Source of the DNA: Candidatus Haiyanarchaeum thermophilum
Lineage (GTDB): Archaea; Nanobdellota; Nanobdellia; JAPDLS01; Haiyanarchaeaceae
Assembly (NCBI GenBank): GCA_025920425.1
Contig: JAPDLS010000001.1
Coordinates: 158,435 to 222,434, forward strand
Direction: 5' to 3'
DNA: 64,000 nucleotides
The number at the start of each line of letters is the position of its first letter. The first letter of the stretch is position 1. The translations under genes and the position numbers were made by a program. Positions 57,719 through 64,000 of the stretch are shown here, piece by piece. A model generated the notes under the pieces. It was not told where the DNA came from, did no database searches, and saw only the letters and a program-made list of their open reading frames with translations.

Positions 57719-58743
57719 CTAAAGTTACTTGGGAAAAAGGGTTGAGAATACTCCTTGGGGGACAGAAGATAGGGATAGATGTGAGAGATGTAAGAGACGA
57801 AGATTTCCTCCTCATCTCCCATGCCCATGCAGATCATATACCTAAAAGCTGTAAGGGATTTGTAGTATGCTCAAATGCTACCAAGCATCTCATCAACATC
57901 TCAGCTAGGAGAAAACTCAGGGAAAACCTATCATATGTTTTTTCCAGAGGTCTTGAGATCTGCATGTTTCCCTCGGGCCACATTTTTGGCTCTGCCTCCT
58001 TTCTCATAAAGTATGGAGATTTCTCACTCCTCTATACAGGAGATTTCTGTGATAAAAGAAGGTTCTTCATGGATCCAATCGATGTGGACGAAATCTTGAA
58101 GTATGCTGACGGTAGGATCGATCAACTAGTAATGGAAAGTACATATGGGGACCCCTATTTCACCTTCCCTGACTTCGAAACTACTGTGAACTGGTGTAAA
58201 GACTGGATAGAGGATAATTTGGGTAAGGGATACAGCACGATTCTGATTGGAAATAAAATAGGTAAATCCCAAATCCTAACTAAGCTAGCTGAGGAATTTG
58301 AGAATGTAATCCTCTCTCCTGAAGTGGAGCGAATAAATAATATCTATGCCACAAAATTCAATCTCCAGAGATTTCCTACCATTAACGAAGTGTGTAGTGT
58401 AGGAAAGCTTAAGGTACCATTCATTTTGATCTGCCCCCCAACCTCGAAGAGATGGATGAGGATATTCTCCAGAAAATATAAAGTAAAAAAAGCTATCTTC
58501 AGCGGATTTGCAGTGGATAAAAGCTTTAAGATTCTCCAAGATGTGGATGAGGCCTTTCCTATCAGTGACCATCCGGATTTCCACAGCCTAGTGAATTTCG
58601 TCTCAAAAGTAAATCCAGAACTTACGATCCTCGTTCATGGTTCAAGCAAGCGCTTAGCTAGTCACTTGAATGAAATGGGCTTCAATGCCACATTCTTTGA
58701 GGATGGTCAGAGAGGATTGAATGAATTCTTAGAATCCACTTAG
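57703..58743 (+). CDS. MBL/beta-CASP-type nuclease (YSH1-like, short form)
   Basis: SHAHADH, SGHI.GS, YTGD, ESTYG.P...FP, GK.Q, SDHPDF, VHG. Confidence 0.8.
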   Translation: MVKALAKVTWEKGLRILLGGQKIGIDVRDVRDEDFLLISHAHADHIPKSCKGFVVCSNATKHLINISARRKLRENLSYVFSRGLEICMFPSGHIFGSASFLIKYGDFSLLYTGDFCDKRRFFMDPIDVDEILKYADGRIDQLVMESTYGDPYFTFPDFETTVNWCKDWIEDNLGKGYSTILIGNKIGKSQILTKLAEEFENVILSPEVERINNIYATKFNLQRFPTINEVCSVGKLKVPFILICPPTSKRWMRIFSRKYKVKKAIFSGFAVDKSFKILQDVDEAFPISDHPDFHSLVNFVSKVNPELTILVHGSSKRLASHLNEMGFNATFFEDGQRGLNEFLEST

Positions 58744-58844
58744 TGAGAAAAACTTTAAATCCTTTGCCGTTATTTAATCTATATTAATTATCCTCGAGTT
58801 TGGAAAAAAAGCTTATTAAAAGAGATTATATTATGTAAAAGGGG

Positions 58845-60491
58845 GTGAGAAATTTGGAAGAGCAAGCTAGGACTCAACCTATTTTGATCTTGCCAGCAGG
58901 ATATACACGCACTGTAGGCAGGGATGCTCAGAGAATGAACATCATGGCAGCTAGAATTGTGGCTGAAACCATAAGAACAACACTTGGCCCCAAGGGGATG
59001 GATAAGATGTTAGTGGACTCTCTAGGAGATATCACCATTACCAATGATGGGGCTACGATTTTGAAAGAGATGGAAGTGGAACATCCTGCTGCCAAGATGA
59101 TAGTAGAAGTAGCTAAGACACAGGAAGAAGAGGTAGGGGATGGTACTACCACTGCTGTAGTGCTTGCAGGAGAACTCCTGAAAAATGCAGAGGTTCTTTT
59201 GGATCAGGAAGTACATCCCACAATAATAGCTAACGGTTACAAAATTGCTGCAGAAAAAGCTGAGGAGATTTTAAGCAGAATTGCCATCAAAGTAGATGAG
59301 AAGAACGAGGAAAAATATCTGAGAAAAGTCGTTGAGACTGCTATCCGTGGAAAGGCCAGTGAACTTGTAAGCCAGAAGTTAACTGATATATTAGTAAAAG
59401 CTGCGCTGCAAGTAAAAGAGGAAAGGGATGGAAAATTTACCATCGACAAAGACAATATCAAGATTCAAAAAAGGATGGGTGGAGGTACCGAGGATACAGA
59501 ACTCATAGATGGTATAGTAATTGATAAAGAAAGGGTACATGAAGGGATGCCAAAAATAGTCTACAATGCGAAGATCGCTCTCCTCGACGTACCTCTAGAA
59601 ATAGAGAAGACTGAAATTGATGCCCAGATAAGGATAGAAACTCCAGAGCAGATGCAGCTTTTCCTAAAGCAGGAGGAAAATATGCTTCGAGAGATGGTAG
59701 AAAAGATCAAGAAGAGCGGAGCAAACGTGGTATTTTGTCAGAAGGGAATCGATGATGTGGCCCAGCACTTCTTAGCAAAGGAAGGAATCTTTGCAGTGAG
59801 AAGGGTATCCGAAAGCGATATGAAGAGGCTTGCAAGAGCTACTGGCGCTAAAATAGTCTCTAGCCTAGATGATCTAAGTGAGAAAGATCTGGGGTTTGCA
59901 CAGATAGTAGAGGAGAGAAAAATTGCTGGGGAGGCCTATACTTTTGTAATGAAGTGCAAGAATCCAAAAGCAGTCACTATTTTCATCAGAGGAGGTACAG
60001 AACACGTAGTAGATGAAATAGAAAGAGCTGTGGATGATGCAATAGGAAACATGAAGGCAGTAATCGAAACCAGACAAGTAGTCGCGGGAGGAGGAGCTCC
60101 TGAAAGTGAAGTAGCTAAGGAACTGAGGAAATATGCAGAAAAATTGAGTGGAAGAGAGCAACTAGCAGTGAGGGCATTTGCCGACGCTCTAGAGATCATT
60201 CCAAGAACTCTAGCTGAAAATGCTGGCCTCGACCCAATAGACATAATGGCTGAACTTCGAGCTCAACATGAACAGGGAAAGATCTGGAGCGGAGTTAATG
60301 TAAACGAGGGAAAAGTAAGTGACATGTTGAAGCAAGAAGTAATAGAACCGCTGAAGATAAAGGTGCAAGCCATCAAAAGTGCTGCAGAGGCTGCTATTAT
60401 GATCTTGAGGATAGATGATGTGATCGCAGCTGGAAAGGTAAAGGAAACGAAGCCATCCAAGCCTGAAACTTCAGAGGAAAGTTACGAATAG
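58845..60491 (+). CDS. ths: Thermosome (group II chaperonin) subunit
   Basis: [50 protein letters not shown]. Confidence 0.97.
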   Translation: MRNLEEQARTQPILILPAGYTRTVGRDAQRMNIMAARIVAETIRTTLGPKGMDKMLVDSLGDITITNDGATILKEMEVEHPAAKMIVEVAKTQEEEVGDGTTTAVVLAGELLKNAEVLLDQEVHPTIIANGYKIAAEKAEEILSRIAIKVDEKNEEKYLRKVVETAIRGKASELVSQKLTDILVKAALQVKEERDGKFTIDKDNIKIQKRMGGGTEDTELIDGIVIDKERVHEGMPKIVYNAKIALLDVPLEIEKTEIDAQIRIETPEQMQLFLKQEENMLREMVEKIKKSGANVVFCQKGIDDVAQHFLAKEGIFAVRRVSESDMKRLARATGAKIVSSLDDLSEKDLGFAQIVEERKIAGEAYTFVMKCKNPKAVTIFIRGGTEHVVDEIERAVDDAIGNMKAVIETRQVVAGGGAPESEVAKELRKYAEKLSGREQLAVRAFADALEIIPRTLAENAGLDPIDIMAELRAQHEQGKIWSGVNVNEGKVSDMLKQEVIEPLKIKVQAIKSAAEAAIMILRIDDVIAAGKVKETKPSKPETSEESYE

Positions 60492-60492
60492 A

Positions 60493-60498
60493 TTTAAA
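60493..60498 (+). promoter_or_regulatory. TATA box of the C/D sRNA
   Basis: TTTAAA ~25 nt upstream of the sRNA 5' stem at 60523. Confidence 0.5.
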
Positions 60499-60522
60499 TT
60501 TCTTCATTTTTTATTTAATTTT

Positions 60523-60580
60523 GCAGATGATGCGAACCTCTTACTGAGCCTCATGAAGAGAAGGAGGTGATCGCTGATGC
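60523..60580 (+). ncRNA. Box C/D guide sRNA; D guide complementary to the 16S rRNA 3' end
   Basis: GCA-G-[C ATGATGC]-GAACCTCTTA-[D' CTGA]-GCCTC-[C' ATGAAGA]-GAAGGAGGTGATCG-[D CTGA]-TGC. 58 nt, terminal GCA/TGC stem, intergenic. Confidence 0.8.
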
Positions 60581-60583
60581 TAA

Positions 60584-60590
60584 TTTTTTT
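60584..60590 (+). terminator. T7 tract after the sRNA (also overlaps the TATA-like element of the next gene)
   Basis: TTTTTTT immediately 3' of the terminal stem. Confidence 0.4.
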
Positions 60591-60617
60591 AAATTTGAAA
60601 TGTGTCTTCCAGTTCTG

Positions 60618-62456
60618 ATGAGGGGAAAATTTTCATGCTTATTGACGATCCTCCTCCTTTGTACTCCTGTTTGGGCCCTTACAGTAAATACAAAAATTGT
60701 GGGAGTCAAGGAGACAGAGAACGGTACATTGGTTGGGGTAGTTGGAGATCTATATGTTGAGGTAACAAACGGTACTGGCAAAGTATTTGTAGAGACTATA
60801 CCTCTCACTAAGATAGATACACAAGCCTCAGCACGCTTAGCTAAAGAAGTAAGTTGTGAAATTCTAGCCGTAAACTGCAGCAACTTCAATTTCTACTATA
60901 CAATTAGAACTGAAAGCATTATAATTGGAGGTCCTTCTGCAGGAGCAGCTATGACTATAGCTACTTTAGCTGCTCTCTCTGAAACTCCTCTGCGTGGAGA
61001 TATAATTATTACTGGTACTATAAATCCTGATGGGAGTATAGGTCCAGTAGGAGGAGTCTTCGAAAAGGCTAAGGCTGCATTTGAATATGGTGCAAAAAAA
61101 TTCCTCATTCCAAAAGGAGAAAGGATAGTATACATGCAGGAGAGGAGTGTTGTGAGTTTACCTGGCTATTACTATGAGGAGATAAAGAGTACTCCAGTAG
61201 ATATAGTAGAATATGCTAGGCAAAATTGGGGGTTAGAAGTAATAGAAGTAATGGATATAAGGGAAGCATTTGAGGTTTTTACGAACAGGAAAATAATAAG
61301 GAGGGAATTAGAAAGCGTGGAGGAAGTCACCCAAGCCTTCAATGAGGCTATGCTTAATATAAGTAATCATCTCTTGAATCTTACCTATGCTAGCATCCAA
61401 GAAGTGCAACGCCTTGTAACTACCTCTAGATTGAACTACAGGGAACGCAATGAATATTTGAACACTCTCTCTAATATAAATCAAACTCTTGGAGCGCCTT
61501 CACTCATTCAATCTGGAAAATATTATTCTGCCTCTAGCCAGTGCATAGATGCTCTTAGGAGGATAGAAATAATAAATCTCAGTGTAAGATACAAAAATAA
61601 TTCCCTCTACTTACGAGAAGTACAATCTGAACTGAATAAGGAGATAGAGGAATTTAAGCAAAGCATTTACTCAAGCAATTTGAGTCATCACTGGGCTCTC
61701 GAGGCCGCACTCATTGCTCTTAGTAGATTAAGCGAAGCTAAACAATTGGTAAGTACCAATTATTCCACAGTTAGTGAGCTGATCAGTGGACTAGCACTAG
61801 CACGGGCAAAATTGATCGCTTCCAAATCCTGGTATTCCCTCATCAATAGATTTATGGGAAATGAAAGTATTGTTCTTGAAGAAGATAAGTTAAAGGAAGT
61901 AGCTACAAGAAAGTTAGAGGAAGCCTACAATGCATTTGCTTATGCTTCTACTTTGGAAACAGATTCTTTCCTCAGCAGTGCCTACCAACTCTTGCGTCTA
62001 GCCCAAGCTGCTTTGGATGGGAGAGATTACGTATACGCACTTTTCAAAGCTGCTGAGGCTAAAGCTAGAGCTAATTTGGTAATGGAAATTAGGGGGTTGG
62101 GATCCGACTCTCTTGCTGAGAAAGTGAAGTTGAAGAATGAAATTGCCTCCCAAACTATAAATGAGGCTGAGGCTCTTGGAGTCCTCCCCTTCTTGGGATT
62201 AAGTTATAAGGAATTTGCATCTACTACAGATGACCCCACAGAACAGTTAATTTATCTGAGTTATGCCAAGGAATTTGCTAAGATCTCGATAGAAGTACTA
62301 AGGGCATCAACTCCCCTCCCGTATACGGGAGGAGCTTGGCTCATAAGTAAGGAAGAATCTTCACAACTTGAGGAACTTTACATTCGAATATGTCTTATCA
62401 TTGCTTCATTCACCTTTGGATTTCTCATTTCAATTCTCATCGTTAGGAAAGCATAA
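60618..62456 (+). CDS. ATPase-less Lon-family (S16) serine protease, exported and membrane-anchored
   Basis: Signal peptide, G.G.VFV...PLT..DTQASAR.A, GGPSAGAA (Ser), TGTINPDG.IGPVGGV.EK (Lys), long helical region, C-terminal TM. Start at MRGKFS. Confidence 0.85.
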   Translation: MRGKFSCLLTILLLCTPVWALTVNTKIVGVKETENGTLVGVVGDLYVEVTNGTGKVFVETIPLTKIDTQASARLAKEVSCEILAVNCSNFNFYYTIRTESIIIGGPSAGAAMTIATLAALSETPLRGDIIITGTINPDGSIGPVGGVFEKAKAAFEYGAKKFLIPKGERIVYMQERSVVSLPGYYYEEIKSTPVDIVEYARQNWGLEVIEVMDIREAFEVFTNRKIIRRELESVEEVTQAFNEAMLNISNHLLNLTYASIQEVQRLVTTSRLNYRERNEYLNTLSNINQTLGAPSLIQSGKYYSASSQCIDALRRIEIINLSVRYKNNSLYLREVQSELNKEIEEFKQSIYSSNLSHHWALEAALIALSRLSEAKQLVSTNYSTVSELISGLALARAKLIASKSWYSLINRFMGNESIVLEEDKLKEVATRKLEEAYNAFAYASTLETDSFLSSAYQLLRLAQAALDGRDYVYALFKAAEAKARANLVMEIRGLGSDSLAEKVKLKNEIASQTINEAEALGVLPFLGLSYKEFASTTDDPTEQLIYLSYAKEFAKISIEVLRASTPLPYTGGAWLISKEESSQLEELYIRICLIIASFTFGFLISILIVRKA

Positions 62457-62468
62457 ACATTAAAAAAT

Positions 62469-63965
62469 TTGGAGAACTTAAGTACTCTCATGAGTTATGA
62501 TGATGTGCTTAAGGTAGCCTTGAGAAGAGGTATCTTCTTCAAAACTTCCGAGATTTATCCGAATTCCCCAGCCGGCTTCTGGGAATATGGACCCTATGGA
62601 CATACTATTAAGCAAAAATTCATCGAAGCATTAAGAAAGAAGCTCAAGCTTCTCAATTGTGTAGAAATAGATGGCTCTATCATCTTGCCTAGAGAAGTAT
62701 TTGAGGCTAGTTCCCATCTAAAGAGTTTCGTTGACCCTGTGGTGGAGTGTACTCAATGTAAGCAGGCTGTGAGGGCAAATACTATAATTGAGGAGAAAAC
62801 TGGAGAAAGGATTCCGGAGAAGGACGTAGATAAGATTAATGTTTTACTGGAGAAACTTAAGCTCAGATGTCCAAGATGTGGAGGAAAGCTCTCTAAGGCC
62901 TTCCTCTTCAATTTAATGTTGAAAGTCGATGTGGGAATGAAGGAGCATGAGTGTTATCTGAGACCAGAAACTTGTCAGGCCATCTTTTTGGACTTCAAGA
63001 GAGTGTTCAAAGCAATGAGGGGAAAGCTTCCATTTGCCATATTTCAGGTTGGAAAAAGTTTCAGAAATGAAATTTCCCCCAGACAATCTCTAGTAAGGAT
63101 GAGGGAATTTACTCAAGCTGAAATTGAAGTATTCTTCAATCCAAAGAAGGAAGATGAGTTAGAATTTGATTGGCTCAAGTCATTCAGACTAAATTTGTAT
63201 GTGAATGGAAGATCTATTGAAACCACTCCTGAAATGGCAGTTGAGAACGGAATTATAAGTAGTAAGCTAGTAGCCTTCCATTTAGCTTTCATCCATGAAT
63301 TTTATGAGAGTATAGGCGTCCCTCATGAAAACCTGAGGATTAGAAAACTATCTGAGGATGAGAAGGCATTTTATGCTAAGGAAGCGTGGGATCTGGAGGT
63401 ACTTACTAGTTTGGGCTATCTCGAACTCGTAGCTTGTAATCATAGGGGAGATTATGACCTAGGAGCCCATTCCAAGCATAGCGGAATTGACCTAAAAGTG
63501 CTAGATGGAGGCGAAAGGGTATTGCCAAATGTGTTTGAACTTTCGATTGGAGTGGATAGAAGTATCTTGGCTATACTTGACTTGACATATAGGAAAACCA
63601 AAGATAGGATATTCTTTTCCCTCTCTCCTAAACTCGCACCAATTCAAGTTTGTGTTTTTCCCCTTGTAGCAAAGGATGGTCTTCCTGAAAAAGCCCAAGA
63701 AGTGTGTAAGCTTCTATCTGACTTCGAGTATGTATATGAAGAAAAAGGTTCTATAGGGAAGAGATATTATAGGTACGATGAAATAGGAGTGCCATTTGCG
63801 ATAACTATAGATTACAGAAGCATAAAGGACGATACCATAACTATAAGAGATAGGGATACTTCCCAACAAGTGAGGATCAATTTAAATGAATTAAGAGAAG
63901 TTTTAGAAAAACTGTTAAGAGGTGAACTGAAATTTGAAGATGTCAAAGGAGAAAGAGTTAGCTGA
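62469..63965 (+). CDS. glyS: Glycyl-tRNA synthetase (archaeal/eukaryotic alpha2 type)
   Basis: A.RRG, YGP.G, YLRPETCQ.IF..F, GKSFRNEISPRQ.L.R.REF.Q.E.E, E.S.G.DR, GSIGKRY.R.DEIG.PF..TID. Confidence 0.95.
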   Translation: MENLSTLMSYDDVLKVALRRGIFFKTSEIYPNSPAGFWEYGPYGHTIKQKFIEALRKKLKLLNCVEIDGSIILPREVFEASSHLKSFVDPVVECTQCKQAVRANTIIEEKTGERIPEKDVDKINVLLEKLKLRCPRCGGKLSKAFLFNLMLKVDVGMKEHECYLRPETCQAIFLDFKRVFKAMRGKLPFAIFQVGKSFRNEISPRQSLVRMREFTQAEIEVFFNPKKEDELEFDWLKSFRLNLYVNGRSIETTPEMAVENGIISSKLVAFHLAFIHEFYESIGVPHENLRIRKLSEDEKAFYAKEAWDLEVLTSLGYLELVACNHRGDYDLGAHSKHSGIDLKVLDGGERVLPNVFELSIGVDRSILAILDLTYRKTKDRIFFSLSPKLAPIQVCVFPLVAKDGLPEKAQEVCKLLSDFEYVYEEKGSIGKRYYRYDEIGVPFAITIDYRSIKDDTITIRDRDTSQQVRINLNELREVLEKLLRGELKFEDVKGERVS

Positions 63966-64000
63966 AAAGCTGCACGCACTTGAGAGGAAAGTGCTTAAAG
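63940..64000 (+). CDS. Start of next gene, possibly phenylalanyl-tRNA synthetase alpha subunit (3' truncated)
   Basis: ATG 63940 after GAGGTGA; MSKEKELAEKLHALERKVLK resembles the LH..E.KVL N-terminus of archaeal PheS. Only 20 codons visible. Confidence 0.4.
   Translation, partial: MSKEKELAEKLHALERKVLK

Overview
Gene-dense archaeal chromosome segment. Many genes overlap or start ~25 nt after TTTAAA-type TATA boxes, and none of the tRNA genes encodes CCA. The compact layout suggests a streamlined, possibly DPANN-like thermophile (inference only). Most of the window is core informational machinery: six tRNAs (Gly-GCC, Glu-CTC, Phe-GAA, Thr-CGT, Leu-CAG, intron-containing Trp-CCA), aIF5B-rps6e-aIF2gamma, an RNase P/proteasome/exosome superoperon, TgtA, RNase J, GluRS, rpl7ae-rps28e-rpl24e, EndA, thermosome and GlyRS. 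Accessory parts are an oxidoreductase/radical SAM-SPASM/Cys-less asparagine-synthetase-like operon at the left edge and a probable acquired transporter block after tRNA-Glu. Main signals outside the ORF track: (1) a complete box C/D sRNA at 60523-60580 whose D guide is complementary to the 16S rRNA 3' tail (anti-Shine-Dalgarno); (2) a 27-nt tRNA-Trp intron carrying a minimal D/C guide aimed at C34 of its own anticodon. Also notable: FAU-1 inserted between rrp41 and rrp42 with a divergent basic enolase after them (degradosome-like gene set), an aIF2gamma with an altered P-loop, and a tandem ThyX-like protein lacking the RHR motif. All calls come from motif recognition by eye; no searches were run.
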